The notes under the pieces were generated by a model that was not told the DNA's origin, made no database searches, and worked only from the letters and a program-made list of their open reading frames with translations. Of a DNA stretch of 64,000 bases, positions 10,536 to 24,074 are shown in pieces. The stretch is from positions 59,892,001 through 59,956,000 of the forward strand of contig CM126216.1 of assembly GCA_052327205.1 (NCBI GenBank). The letters are read 5' to 3'. This stretch comes from Somniosus microcephalus (taxonomy: Eukaryota). The number at the start of each line of letters is the position of its first letter. Position 1 is the first letter of the stretch. The translations under genes were made by a program, and so were the position numbers.

Positions 10536-12039
10536 AAAAATGGCAGGTCTATGTACAGTTAGTCTCTTAATGGGAGATTCTCAGCTGGTGTTTGAAAGTT
10601 GAGTGCGCAGAGATCACAGGGTTCATGAGATATACCCCCTGTACTCAATTACAATCAATTAACCTGTTAACTGCCGCCTCTTGATAGTGTGTGGAGAGCA
10701 GTGAGAGAAAGTGCCATTTGATCCCATCTCATTCCTTGAAAGTTTTGCTATTTTTGTTGGCAGTTGAATCAGAAAAGTATTTGTTTGTAGCAGAGCATGT
10801 GGAGGAGGAAACAAACACTTTCACAATGTCACATCAGTGGGACTTGGCCAGCTGGCGTTTACCAGACTTGTGGGGAAAAGTTTCATTTGGATGCAGTTAT
10901 CAGTTCCATTACAACTTAGAACAGTTTGTTTCTTAATGAGCTGCATGGCAGGGGAGGGGCTGAGACCAGAGATCATTGACTCCACTGCCAGTGTGCCTAT
11001 GGATGGAGAGGGAGGGAATGGATGAGATTGGCAAGTACCCTGCTACATCTGACTGAACTCAAAGGGGTGAGGCTTGTGACCAGAGAGTATACACCTATGT
11101 ACAAGATGGGATGCCAGGTAGCAGTATTAACCCCACTGCTACATCTGAATTAACTGGACTAAGATTGAGGAATATTTAGTCCATTCTTGTCTCGTAATAG
11201 TTTTCCAAATGACAGTTCCTTCCATTTTTAACATAGTTCCATCATTTTACTTTGCACAGTGTAACTACTAAGCAGAATGTAACTCACTGTGCAATTTTTT
11301 AATAGAATATGATATTGACATTCAGCTTGCAATGATTAGATTTCTATATATTTTAATGATAAGTACTCAGTTGTAATACTAACTTCAAAAAATTTAATTC
11401 AAAGCCCATTAACAGAGCATCGTTGACATACCTGTGAGAGAGGTGCCAACAAAACTAGCGAATTGCAAAATACTATTCTCTCGGTGAGGTAAAAGTAGCA
11501 TTATCGATAAAGCTAAGCCTCTTATAAGCAAAGAACAACGGTACTGTCTCTGAATATGAGTGCTCAGAGGGCACCTGTTGTTATCTGGATGATAATAGGA
11601 GTTGCGGCAGAGGGCACTGGGTACATTAGTCAGGCATTGATGCCATGCTGCTGAGACATCTGCCCACTTCTGTTGCTGAGAACTGCGGGAAGTAAAAAAG
11701 TCATGAGATTTGTTATTGAGTGAATCCAGAGTCCTTGGACTCTTCTGCACTGAAGTCATATTGAGGCAAGTGTTTCCCAGTGCACGGTACATGAGAGGGT
11801 TATATTACTATATGTATAAGTATGCTCACGGACAGTCTGCAGTGCACTTTTTAACCAGGAGCATTATTTACTAGGTCAATTACATGCGGTATAACTTTGG
11901 ATTGAAGTCATTGAGATTAGTTGCTGCAAATAATGTGAGGTCGCCTTGAGGAGATAATCTGGCATCACTTTGACTTTGCTCTGGCTGCAGTACAACTGCA
12001 GTTGATGTGAAGCAAACTTTTTTTTTAAAGATATTCTTC

Positions 12040-12200
12040 TGCCCTTTTCTCCTGAAGGTGTTGACTCTTTGTTGGGGTACGGTTCCATGGGCACTAGCCA
12101 CCTTCCTATTCCTCACTCGAGGCTATCATTCATGCGTGAGCATTGGCAGGGGTGTGAGAGGAGCATGATATCTGAGCCCAATCCTGTAGTAACCCGACAA
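12040..12200 (-). mobile_element. SINE-B 3' fragment
   Basis: 'ctcctgaaggtgttgactc...ggggtacggttccatgggcac'. Confidence 0.6.
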
Positions 12201-12279
12201 CCATATGAGAAAGTGACAACCATGGAAAGCTCTACAATATGGTGTAGCTTGAATTCCAAACAGCAGCTGACAACATTTC

Positions 12280-13560
12280 ACGCTAAAGACTACTAGTTAA
12301 GCTTAAAATGGGGATTCAGAGTAAAACTTGAGAATGGATAAGAAATTTGCTGAAGGGTAGAAAGAAGCATATACTTATTAGAGGAATTATGCTGATGGGG
12401 AGGGGGGGGGGCGGTGCTGGGGAGAGGGTGTTGGGGGTCCCAGGGTTCAACATTGAGATGTCAGCTGTTTCAAAGGACTTGGATTTAGAAACTATGCATA
12501 TTTGTCAGATTTACAGATGACATCAAACTAAGAGAGGCAACCTGAGAAGGCAGAGAAATGCAGTGAGCTAGACAAAATACGCAAGTGAATGGAACAGTGA
12601 CGGATGAAATTTAGTAGAGATTTAAGTGTAAAGTACTGCACTTTAGGAAGAAGAAATAGCTAAGGATAATCCCCAAATTATGTCAAAATAGCTAAGGATG
12701 AATTTGAAAGAAGTCTGAGCATTAATAGACTTGACACTCAAAATGCCTAAATACTGCAGAGCAGTAATCAACAAAGCAATTAGAAAGCTCCACTATAATC
12801 ACAATAGTGGAGTACAAAATACAGGAAGTCATGCTCAAACAGCACAGTGCTCTGGTAAGACCACACCTTGAGTATTGTGTCCAGTACTGGTCACTGAGTC
12901 ACAAGGGAGGAGATTCAGAGAAGAGCTACAAGACTGATCCCTAACATAGGAGGACTGAATTATGAGGAAAGGCTGGAGAAACTTGGCTTTCCAGCTTTGA
13001 AAGGAGGTGACTGAGAAGTGATCTCATAGAGGTATATAAAACAGAGAAAAATAAACTGGAAACAGTATTGAAAAAGTTCTTCTTCTTAGGCAGTCCCTCG
13101 GAACCGAGGATGACTTGCTTCCACATTAAAAATGAGCTCGCATGTGGCTGATTAGTCCAATGCGGGACCTACAGTCTCTGTCACAGGTGGGGCAGACGGT
13201 GGTTGAAGGGGCGGGTGGGTGGGGTGCTTGGGTTGACTTGCGCTGCCTGCGCTTGGCAGCGCAAACTGGAAACTTGGAAAAAGTACAACTGGAGCATCAC
13301 AACAAAATAAACTGTGACATTAGGACAAAGGACATATGCTTAAGATAGTAAAGGACAAATGTAGAACTTATGTCAGGAACTTCTGCACATAAAGTGTGAT
13401 CAACACAGCGACTGGACTTCTGAGGGCACAGTGGTGGAGATAAAAACACTGAAATTATTTAGGAAACAGTGGGATGCCATGGTTGTGGGACTATAGGGTT
13501 TTTCCATATGTATCAGTTAAGATGGACAGAAAAGCCCTCCTGATCTGTATCTAACTTGTG
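12280..13560 (+). mobile_element. Old, highly decayed CR1 LINE
   Basis: Remnants of ADD.KL and LVRPHLEYCVQ.W ('ctggtaagaccacaccttgagtattgtgtccagtactgg') and LRSDLIEVYK. Confidence 0.75.
13077..13262 (-). mobile_element. Short RTE-clade LINE 3' fragment inserted in the old CR1
   Basis: Reverse complement of about 3110-3314; degenerate flanking duplication 'aaactggaaac...aaaaag'. Confidence 0.85.
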
Positions 13561-14199
13561 ACTTTGTAACAGCAATCAGGAGCAGGAACGTGACCGATTT
13601 TCCCTTTTCTAAGCTGGGGGAATGAGGCCAATTTACAACCACTATCACCAACCCAGCTGAGATCAAACCTAGGACATCCCAGTCCATATACTTCAGCTAC
13701 TCAATCAGCCATGAGGGAAGTCTGTGAAGCAAACTTGAGTAATGTAGCTCCCAGATGATCCAAGTTAAAAATGTAACCAGCATTTGAACACAACTATGTC
13801 TGCTAAACTCTGTTTTGCCTGACCAGAGAGCAATGCAAATCTGGCCATTTAATTCAGCACTGCTGGCTCCACCTGACTCTAAGCAAGCATCGGTCTCCAG
13901 CAGTTTTACAGCACCATAAGAAGCTGATCTATTGCTTTGGGAAAAAAATGTGAACCCAAAATATTAATTGAATGAACTGACTTCTCAAACCTCAGGCTAA
14001 CACCAACATCTGTCACTTGTCTCAGCCTTGATGGAAAGTTCAAACTATTTTAAACATATTAATCAAATCTGATGTCAGCTGGACTTGAGAAATGAGCTGT
14101 AATATTTATTTCCGAGTCTGTACAATTCTCGTCAAATGTTAGAACATGACACTTTACAAAGAAACTACAGTCCATGTGGGAGGGCTGGAATATGAAAAG

Positions 14200-14575
14200 A
14201 GAAAAAAACTTGCATTTATTCAGCACCTTATTACCTCTCTTAGAAACATCTCAAAATATGTCAATTACAAGTGAATTACTTTCTAAAAGTGCAGTGACTG
14301 TTGTTATGTGGGCAAATGCAACAACCATTTTGCACAGGACAAGATTCCATCAACAGCAGTGAAATGAATGGCCAGTTAATCTGTTTTTGTTTGGTGTTGA
14401 TTGAGGGAGGAATGTTGGCCAAGAAAACTCCCTGCTCTGCTTCGAATAGTGCCGGGGGAGCTTTAACAACCAACAGATCCATCAGAACTGGCAGGTGGGG
14501 CATTGTTTTCAAACATCACCTGAAAGATTGCATCTCTGACACTACAGCACCCTCTTGTATTGCACTGCAGTGCCA
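14200..14575 (-). mobile_element. Deu-domain SINE (SacSINE1-like), diverged
   Basis: Reverse complement of the SINE tail ('cttgcattt...') and body ('gagggagg...ttggcca...cctgctctgcttcgaatagtgcc'). Confidence 0.7.
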
Positions 14576-15619
14576 ATAATTTATATTGTACATTATCTAA
14601 ATTGTTTTTTTTTAATCTAAGCGGACTAAATAGATACAGACCTCTAAAGAAAAGCCTGGGAAATGTAAGGCCATGGTGAGATTTCAGGGTTTGGGGTTGT
14701 GTAGCAATTGAAAAGGTCCCGATGCATGAACTGCTATTGACTGAGAGAATCTGCAGTGTGCTTTATTGTGTGAACACCTGAAAAAGTCAAATAGGCCTAT
14801 TTGCCATTGTTCTTAATTTCAATCCCTTGAATATGACTGCTAAGGAGACGTTGTCGTCCACTGTCAGTGGCTCCCTCCCCCAAAACTAAAGGAGGAAGTT
14901 ACACGTTGTGTTAAGTTTAACCAGCAATAGCTCAAGAGAGAGATGACTAAAAAAGATACATGTTGTAATGTTTAAAATTAGAAAACTGTGCTAGTAAAAG
15001 TCAGTTGGTACATGCTGACTGAGGTTTGATAAGTACATTTCCTGTTGCTTCTTTTCATATATTTGTAAATTATTTGCATTAAAAATATACAGATTAGGGG
15101 AAGGGGAAAGATAGGGTGCACTACAACACAAAACTTTAAAAACAATCATGGACAAAAACACTATTTGAAAATGTTCCAGAAAAGTATTTTTCAATATGTA
15201 TCAGTGTTTGCAACAGAAAGGCACCAGGATGATAAGTCCAAGCCAAGAGTTACCATCCAAAGGTTTGAACACTATTACACTCCATTCACTGTTACTGTAC
15301 ATTCTGAACTATTATTTACTGCTATCAGTCTGGTGACAGATAAGCGCACAATGATTTTGCCTGGTCAGAGATCCACAGCTTGTTTTCTAATCATTTTAAA
15401 CATTGATTGGGCGTGCTCAAAATAGTGTTTTTTTTAAAACAAACAAGTTTTATATCATGAAGTACAATATGCTTTAAGTAAACAGAACCAAACAGAAACT
15501 TTGCGGTGAATTATCTTTTTCATACTTGTGCAACAAGGAAGGTTGGTGTTCAAAAGGAGAAGAGCTAAAGCTGTGAAGGTTTAATGTATAAATATTGGTG
15601 AGTGTACAGGAATGTTATA

Positions 15620-15860
15620 TTGATTCACTGCTTGCTTCATAGGTATAGGTTGGTCTATAAGATCAGGGCTCCCTTATTAAGTAGTGCTTGGTTTATAAGC
15701 TTAAATTTAGTGCTTTATAAGAGTAGGCTAGCTTCATAGGTAGGTGTTGTTCCATCGGAGTAGGGTGAGCTTCAAGGGTAGGGGTTGGTCTGTAGGAGTA
15801 TGGCTAGTGTTATTGATAGGGTTTGGTTTAATAGAGAAGGGCTAGCTTCATAGGGAAGCT
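15620..15860. repeat. Degenerate minisatellite (unit about 36-38 bp)
   Basis: Recurring 'taggg(c)tagcttcatagg...ttggtctata'. Confidence 0.6.
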
Positions 15861-17608
15861 TCAAAGATTTGACATAGAAATAATGTATGATGCAGAAGAT
15901 GCTGGCCTGTCGCAATCAGCTTCAGCGCAAGTTGTTGAAGACTTGACACCTAATCTGTCACTCAGATATGATTTCCTCTGTCAGTCCTTAGCTGGGCTTC
16001 TAGTTTGAGCACCATCAAGAGACGAGGAGACAAAGGGAAAAGCCTAACGCTAACCAGCTTCCCACAACCCCATCTCAAATCTTACTGTTGCCTAATTTGT
16101 AAAACACAGCAAGTGAAAGTCATGGAGACTTCCCCGGCCCAGACCAATCTCACAAACCCAGACTGTTCTCATAGTTCAGACCAGTCCTGCAGCCCAGGGC
16201 ATCCCCACAGCCCAGACCATTCCCACTTCCCATGAAGAGAAAAATCATTGATAGCGAGTGACCTATGATGAAGGGAAAATGTGAAGAAAAAGATCTTCAA
16301 CGGTCAGCGATGTGAAAAATTTAGGGAAAATCTAGATTTGTTTTTAGACAAAATATAATGAGGGAATATGTAAAGAAAGTGAGATAGAGATATAGATAAA
16401 TTAATAAAATGTCAGTATCATAATTTGACAGGTAAGAACTGAATGCAGCCATGGGGAGAAGGATTTAAGGAAAAACAAAAAAATAATCTATGAATTTAAC
16501 TTATTTTGGTTTGAAGCAGAAACGTTTGCCTAGTGCTTCATCTCTGCCTGGCATGGGGGGCTGAGACTGAGATGAGTGAAAGCTGCCAGGTTGCAGGCAC
16601 CACAGTATGGAATGAATTCAGCAGCCGAATTTACTGAAAAGTCAAAAATCTGTGCTGTATTAGTGGAACGCGCAGAAGCTGTGTTAATTGCTAGCTTGTA
16701 TTCCATATGGTTCTATTTTAACAGAGCACATTCAGTGCAGATGGTCGGAAAGTGAGTTGGACAGCTTCTAAACTGCCTCTGACTGATTCATACTGTGAAT
16801 TTACTAAACTTTAATGTTTAACAGTTCTGTTTGTGAAATTCTTTTATGTGCAGTTCTTTTAGCCCTGAACTGGGAGCACAGTGCTGCCTAGTTAGCCTCC
16901 TTTGTTTAAACTTGGACTCAGTGAAAAGCAAATATTATGATATATGCGGTCATCCTTCTCCTTCTCTCTTCTATTTTTTCTCTCTCCTGTTCACCCCTTC
17001 ACAAACACATACACACAATACAGATTCAAACCACACCCTTAATCTGAAAGAAAAAGAAAGAGGGGACCTTCCTTTAAACAGTGTTTCAAAGTAATCCCTG
17101 TCTTCATAGGGCTTTTGTGAGCTTGTTTAGTTGAGGTAATGAAGCCTAACCAGAAGCACTCAAAGGAACTGAAGAGCAGTGCACAAACAGTTCAGGGTTG
17201 GTATTGTTCACGCTTCAATACCTTCACCTCTTCATTTGTGCACCATCGAATATAGTCCATTCAGAGCCTCTGGACTATTTAGAAACAAAATCCTGGAGCC
17301 ATGGAGAGCTTGAACCCACTGCACAGTTTTACTAGGGTTATCAATATAATCGATCCTGCAGGTGTATCATTTCCAAAAAAAGGTTATGTCAGATTTGCGC
17401 CCTGCCACAGTTTAGGTCAAAATGAGGAGAGAATGGTACTGCCAGAGAATTACAGAATTGTCGCCAACTAGACAGGTCAATGTCATTGTCTAAAGACTGT
17501 CACTACTCAGCTAGCAGCAATATTAACTATTTCTTTTGTAAAACAAACTCCTTTCCCCCCCCCCCCCCCCCCCAGTTTTTCCACCTCCTCTCTTGAAGGC
17601 AGGGAATT

Positions 17609-18796
17609 CATAGAATCATAGAATGGTTACAGCACAGAAGGAGGCCATTCGGCCCATCGAGCCTGTGCCGGCTCTCTGCAAGAGCACTTCAGCTAGTCCC
17701 ACACCCCCACCCTTTCCCCATAGCCCTGCATTTTTTTTTCCTTCAGGTACTTATCCAATTCCCTTTTGAAAGCCATGAATGAGTCTGCCTCCACCACCCT
17801 TTCAGGCAGGGCATTCCAGATCCTGACCACTTGCTGCATAAAAAAGTTTTTCCTCATGTCGCCTTTGGTTCTTTTACTAATCACCTTAAATCTGTGTCCA
17901 ATGGGAATAGTTTCTCTCTATCTACTCTGTCTAGACACCTCATGATTTTGAACACCCCTATGAAATCTCCTCTCAACCTTCTCTGCTCTAAGAACAACCC
18001 CAGCTTCTCCAGTCTATCCACGTAACTGAAGCCTCTCATCCATGGAACCATTCTCATAAATCTTTTCTGCACCCTCTCTAAGGCCTTCACATCCTTCCTA
18101 AAGTGTGGTGCCCAGAATTAGACAAAATACTCCAGTTGAGGCCGAACCAGCATTTTATAAAGGTTCATCATAACTTCCTTGCTTTTGTACTCTATGCTTC
18201 TATTTATGAGGCCCAGGATCCCGTAAGCTTTGTCACTGTCAATGATTTGTGCACATATACCCCCAGGTCTCTCTGTTCATGCACCTCCTTTAGCATTGTA
18301 CCCTTTAGTTTATATTGCCTCTTTTCATTCTTTCTACCAAAATGCATCACTTCGCACTTTTCTGCGTTAAATTTCATCTGCCATGTGTCCGCCCATTCCA
18401 GCAGCCTGTCTATGTCCTCTTGAAGTCTCTCACTATCCTCCTCACTGTTCACTATACTTCCAAGTTTTGTGTCATCTGCAAATTTTGAAATTGTGCCCTG
18501 TACTCCCAAGTCCAAGTCATTAATATATGTCAAGAAAAGCAGTGGTCCTAGTACCGACCACTAGGGAACACCACTGTATACCTTCCTCCAGTCCAAAAAA
18601 CAACCGTTCACCGCTACTCTCTTTTTCCTGCCACTTAGCCAATTTCATATCCATGTTGCCACTCTCCCTTTTATTCCATGGGCTTCAGCTTTGCTGGCAA
18701 ACCTATTATGTGGCACTTTAATCAAACGCCTTTTGGAAGTCCATGTACACCATGTCAACCGCATTGTCCTCATCAACCCTTTCTGTTACCTCATCA
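17609..18796 (-). mobile_element. 5'-truncated CR1 LINE inserted into a SINE-B
   Basis: RT motifs YMDFQKAFD, YINDLDLG..ISKFADDTKLG and MKFNAEKCEVMHFG; tail 'catagaatcatagaatgg'; SINE-B sequence on both sides. Confidence 0.93.
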
Positions 18797-19295
18797 TGTT
18801 GGGGGACAGTTTCACAGGTGCTGGTGGCCGTCCAATACCTCACCCAAGTGTCCTCTCTCCTTCTGTGAGTTTGGACAGTGAGGGGGTGATTTTTACCGTT
18901 GCCACCTGAGCAGTATCTAGCCACGTGAATTGCCCACCCATTGTAGAACCCACCCAATATATTACTGGCCAGACAGTGAAGTTGAAAATGACCTACTGAG
19001 TGCCAATACACTATTCTATTGGAACAACCGAGTCTGATCCTGTCTTCACCCAAAATCTACGTGTGCATTCTTTCCAGCTCAAGCTGTTGGATGCCAATCA
19101 GGAGCAGGAACCCTGGCTGATTGAAGTTTCCCCTTCTCAAGCACAGGGGTGCTGAGGCCAATTGGTGCACCCCTATTACTGCCCTCGATGTGAGCAACTA
19201 ACTCAGAACAGACCAGTGGCTTCAATGTGGGACCTTCTTGGTCTCTGCATCTCAGTTTCACGTTGGATGGTGCAGTTAGGCATTGAGCCGTGGAG
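18797..19295 (-). mobile_element. SINE-B copy (continuation of about 17575-17608)
   Basis: 'tcaggagcaggaaccctggctgatt...gaggccaatt...gggaccttcttggtct'. Confidence 0.65.
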
Positions 19296-19871
19296 GGGAA
19301 GACGTAATGCCCTTTTCTGTCGACCACCCACTAGCTCAGCTGACTTTAACAGGTTGGCCCAAGTTCAAGTTGCAGGGCTGCCCTCATTTTGAGGAACCCC
19401 ATGCAGAAGCAAACAGTTCTCTCAGAAGACCACCAGGGAAGCTCGACTTGCTCCACTTGAATCTTGTCCTCGGCTATTTAGTCAGGCAGCAGCTCTTCTG
19501 GGTTAATTAAAAAAGAACACGGTAGCAGCACTGAGACCATGGTATACAGCCAGTATAGAAGATACTCCAAAAGTACAGCAAGGTGGCTGCGAAGCTCTCC
19601 AGTTGTGCTGTCCTCAGCGGGAGTTGAGTGTGCTTAGAAAGGCAGCATTGCACTGGAAACTGTAGGGTTAAGGGCGCATCCATAACTGTCATCATTTTCA
19701 CAAGAGTGTAAGGTGTACTGGAGGAGGAAGAGAGACAAATTTGTGCCCCAGCGACACATGTACATAATATAATCACAGTGGACTCTATGTACAGACATTT
19801 TTGCTAGACTTTGGATTATACCTGATGGTGTCTGCACGCATCAGTAATAAATGACCAATTTTCATTGTTTT

Positions 19872-19995
19872 AACATAGAAACATAGAAACATAGAAGATA
19901 GGAGCAGGAGTCGGCCAAACTCAGTACCCTGTTCCTGCCTTCTCTCCATATCCTTTGATCCCCCTAGCCTTATGAAATATATCCAACTCCTTATG
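19872..19995 (-). mobile_element. CR1 3' tail fragment with internal deletion
   Basis: 'catagaaacatagaaacatagaagataggagcaggagt' is identical to the tail at 34081. Confidence 0.85.
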
Positions 19996-21366
19996 CTTTC
20001 AGTTGGAGGAAGGTAAGTAGAAGATACAATTTTGCACTCTTGTACAAAAAGATGACAGTTAGCAATAGTTCCTAATCGGATTCCAAGTATTGGGTGTTAA
20101 CATTTTCAAATCTGCTTTCGAGGAGTGGGATGGAGGAGAGGAGATAAGCAAGAAAATTAATGCTTTACTCATACAGTTGCAAAATTGAATGTAGCGGAGT
20201 GCCTCACTAGGAAAGGGTTTAGCTGTGTTGTTGAATCAACATGTTGCTCCCTCTTGTTCCTGCAGTGTCAGGTATTAGCCTATATTGGAATAAGAGCGAG
20301 CACCACCCAGCCGGTGCCCACTTCTCACACCCCAGTCACATAGAAATGGGAAAATTTGACAAATTTTCTTTCGTTCTGCCAAAATTCTACAAAAAAAAGC
20401 CAGAGTGAGTGTGACATCATTCCAACTTATGTAATGTATAGTCACTTCAACACGTGTGAAATATTTTCCCTGATCTCTTGCAATCCTGTGCCAGAACTTT
20501 CGGAGCACTTTGCCAGTGGAACATTTTGCCTTATAATAAAAGATTACCTTTAGTTGTGCTTTTGTCTTCCCTCCCTCCATGCTGTCTTGCATGTCCCTCA
20601 CCTATCTTCGCCTTCTAATTGTGCGACAACCTCTAAATCCTGCCAGCTATTCCATTGAAATAAATCACATTCTTAAAGAAAACACAGAGCCGCATGAATA
20701 TCAGTGAAATTAATGTTTTAGTAACAACAATGAAAAGGGTGGATAAAAAGGATGGAATCGCAACAAAATTATGTCAGATTTACACGCATTGGATGAATGC
20801 ATCATTGGCACTACTTGTAATTCTCAAAGGCAGTCCCAACACTACGTCCAAGCAGGAGTAGTATGGAAATGGAGCTGAAGGATTAATTGATGCAGACTTA
20901 AAATTCAACCTAAGCTAGTGAAAAGTGAATCCAGTAAAAATGTCATCACATTAAGGGTTGTGCGAATGTGGAATGAACTGCCTCAGCCACTTGGACAAGC
21001 ATGGACTAATAAAGGAGAGCCAACCCGGATTTGTTAAGGGTAAACCGTGTTTGACTAACTTGATTGAGTTTTTTGATGAGGTAACGGAGAGGGTGGATGA
21101 GGGCAGTGTAGTTGATGTTGTGTATATGGACTTTCAAAAGGCATTTGATAAAGTACCACATATTAGGCTTGTTAGCAAAATTGAAGCCCATGGGATAAAA
21201 GGGGCAGTAGCAGCATGGATACAAAATTGGCCAAGGGACAGAAAACGGAGAGTTGTGGTGAATGGCTGTTTTTCGGACTGGAGGGAGGTATACAGTGGAG
21301 TTCCCCAGTGTTCAGTACTAGGACCACTGCTGTTTTTGATATGCATCAATGACTTGGACTTGGGGG

Positions 21367-21523
21367 CAATGTTCCCCCTAAGGTGCGCGGCTGTGCACCA
21401 GTCACGTGGTCCCGCTCAGGCTGCTCACCAGCTGTTGCTGCTGGAAGTGATACTGCGCATGCGCGGCTGCTGCAGCAAATTTAAAAGGCTCGCGTGGGGG
21501 GAAAAAAATTAAAGGGAACATTG
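21367..21523. mobile_element. Non-autonomous hAT-type MITE (157 bp)
   Basis: TIRs CAATGTTCCC / GGGAACATTG; perfect 8-bp TSD CTTGGGGG at 21359-21366 and 21524-21531; removing it restores the CR1. Confidence 0.92.
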
Positions 21524-21864
21524 CTTGGGGGTACAGGGCACAATTTCAAAATTTGCAGATGCCACGAAACTTGAAGTGTAGTCAACAGTGAGGAAGATAG
21601 GAATAGAGTTCAAGAAGACATAGACAGGCTGGTGGAATGGGCGGACACATGGCAGATGAATTTCAACGTACAGAAGTGTGAGGTGATACATTTTGGTAGG
21701 AAGAATGAGTAGCGATCATACATACTAAATGGCACAATTTTAAAGGGGTGCAAGAAGAGAGAGACTTGGGGATGCTTTTGCACAAATTTTTGAAGGTGGC
21801 AGCACAGGTTAACAAAGCAGTTAATAATGCATATAGGATCCTGGACTTTATAAATAGAGGCATA

Positions 21865-22709
21865 GGGCTCAATTTTGTCAATGGGGAGCTTTTGGAGGCG
21901 GGACTCCCACTTTTTGAGTTGTAGTCCCGCCTCCATCGACTTGTGGCCAACCCACGCTATTTTCCCTTGATTGACCTTGTTAAGCCGGCCCAGTGGGCTC
22001 AGCAGGCCAATTAAGGGACACCTGGTTACTGGTGACATCAGCGATTGACATTTCATCTGTCAAGAGCTTTCGACAGATGAAAAATCAGCATTTGACAGCT
22101 CTGTGAAGCTGTCAAACACTGACAATCTGTCTTCTAACTTGAGTCCTTGTACTCAGACTCAGTTAGAGATCTCTCCAGACCAGAAAGCAGAATGCTGCAG
22201 CTTTTGACAGTTCAGCGGCCATTCTGCTTTCTGTGCTGGTGAGCTGAGGGACTCCCGAGAACTGAAGGAAGGAAGCCTGCAGGAGAAAGTAAAGGGAAGT
22301 AAAAGTTATTAAAACACTTTACACTTACCTCACACACTTACCTCTGCACACATGCACCCATCACTCAACTGCACAATGGACATCTCGACCCCTCCAACCC
22401 CTGTAGACCGATGGTCCGCCTCGCTAACTTGGCGTGGTTCGGAGCCGTCGGACAGCCCACACTACAGGGCTAAAAATAGGGATTAGGCAAAAAACTGCCT
22501 GTTAACTACCTCTTAACAGGCAGTTAATTGGCACTAATCCCCTTCCCGCCTCAGGGAGGCGGCTCCCAGCACAGGTCGGGTACCCGCCTCCTGGGACATT
22601 GGCACGGAGGCGGGTTGGGGGTGGAATAGGTTCCTGTCCCCCGATTCTGCAATTTTCCCACCACTCCCACCTCCAAACCCGCCTCCTCGGGGCGTGGAAT
22701 ATCGAGCCC
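21865..22709. mobile_element. GC-rich MITE (about 845 bp) inserted in CR1, Harbinger-like
   Basis: TIR-like ends GGGCTCAATTTT and AATATCGAGCCC; interrupts CR1 'gaggcata|gagtacaaaag'; 3-bp TSD degenerate. Confidence 0.75.
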
Positions 22710-23478
22710 CCAGAGTACAAAAGCCAGGAAGTTCTGCTAAACCTATATAAAACACTAGTTTGGCCCCAGCTGGAGTATTGTGTCCAATTCTGGGCACCAC
22801 ACTTTAGGAAGGACGTGAAGGCTTTGCAGAGGGTACAGTAGAGATTTACAAGAATGGTTCCAGGGATGAGGGAATACAGTTACGTGGATAGACTAGGGTT
22901 GTTCTCCTTGGAGTAGAGAAGGCTAAGAGGTGATATGAGAGAGGTGTTTAAATCATGAAGGATTAAGATAGAGTAAATAAAGAGAAACTATTTCCAGTGG
23001 CTGAAGGGCCAATAAGAAGAGGGTACAGATTTCAGGTTATTGGCAAAAGTACCAGAGGCGACATGAGGAAAAAAATTTTACGCAATGAGTGGCTAGGATT
23101 TGGAATGGACTGCCTGATAGGGTGGTGGCTATAGATTCAATAGCCTTCAAAAGGGAATTGGATAATACTTGGAGAAAAACTTGCAGGGTTATGGGGAAAG
23201 AGTGGGGCTAACTGAATTGCTCTTCGAAAGAGCCGGTGCAGACTTGATGGGCTGAATGGCCTCCTCCTGTGCTGTACTATTATATGATTCTAAGAAGGCG
23301 ATAGGCGTGGAATCCATTGACATTTTTAGAAAGTAAGGGTATTAAAGGGATATGGGGCCAAACATGTGGTCCTGGTGCATTGGTGATGGGACCACTGCTC
23401 CTTGGGTGCAGCAATTGCCGGCAGTGAAATGAGCAAGCCTCACGCTATAATGCAAAAGTCAGCTCATTTAAATATTAG

Positions 23479-23705
23479 TGACATGAATCAGTCATTCATG
23501 AAAGAAAGACTTAAGAAATAATACTGAGCAGCCTACGGGTGGCGCTGTCCGGGGAGAGTATAAATACTCGGACACGGGCCCAGCTTGCGCAGGACATTCA
23601 TAACAGGAACTAGTGAAGGACACAACTAGACCTCCATATTGTAAAACAGTTGATTAAAGCTTTGTTTAACGCTTAGATTAAGTGCCTAGTAGTTTTCTTA
23701 CATCA
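23479..23705 (+). mobile_element. Solo LTR (227 bp)
   Basis: TG...CA ends; perfect 5-bp TSD ATTAG (23474-23478, 23706-23710); internal TATAAATA and ATTAAA; homologous to 40086-40314. Confidence 0.85.
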
Positions 23706-24074
23706 ATTAGTGTGGTCCTCTGAGAGCACGGTGCATGAAGCGCTGGAAGCACAGGAGGGTCGCGGTTGGGATATCAGGGCTCCTCTCTCTTAAAGCTATC
23801 CTGCAAATGAAGAAGAGAAAATATGACAAAGGAGCAGCACTGGACAACACCACACTGAATGCATCTGTGTCACACACTTTAGTCCATCAAAATGTGTGAT
23901 CTCTGATTCAGTACTGTGTGTTGATAGCTCTTTTGCATTGAGGCAGATTAAGATAGTTGGTGAGAAATGGTCCTGTACTCAAAGGATCTGATGTAAGGCA
24001 GAAGGCAGTGTGGATGATGGTTCATTTGACTAGGATATTGGAAATGACAGTTGTTCTTTGGCAATGTAGTACTG

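Larger units (their letters stand above)
20980..23291 (+). mobile_element. CR1 LINE (RT to 3' end) carrying two DNA-transposon insertions
   Basis: ORF 20958-21512: GFVKGKPCLTNLIEFF...YMDFQKAFDKVPH...SGVPQCSVLGPLLF; later LYKTLVWPQLEYCVQFWAP; tail 'ctattatatgattcta'. Confidence 0.93.
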
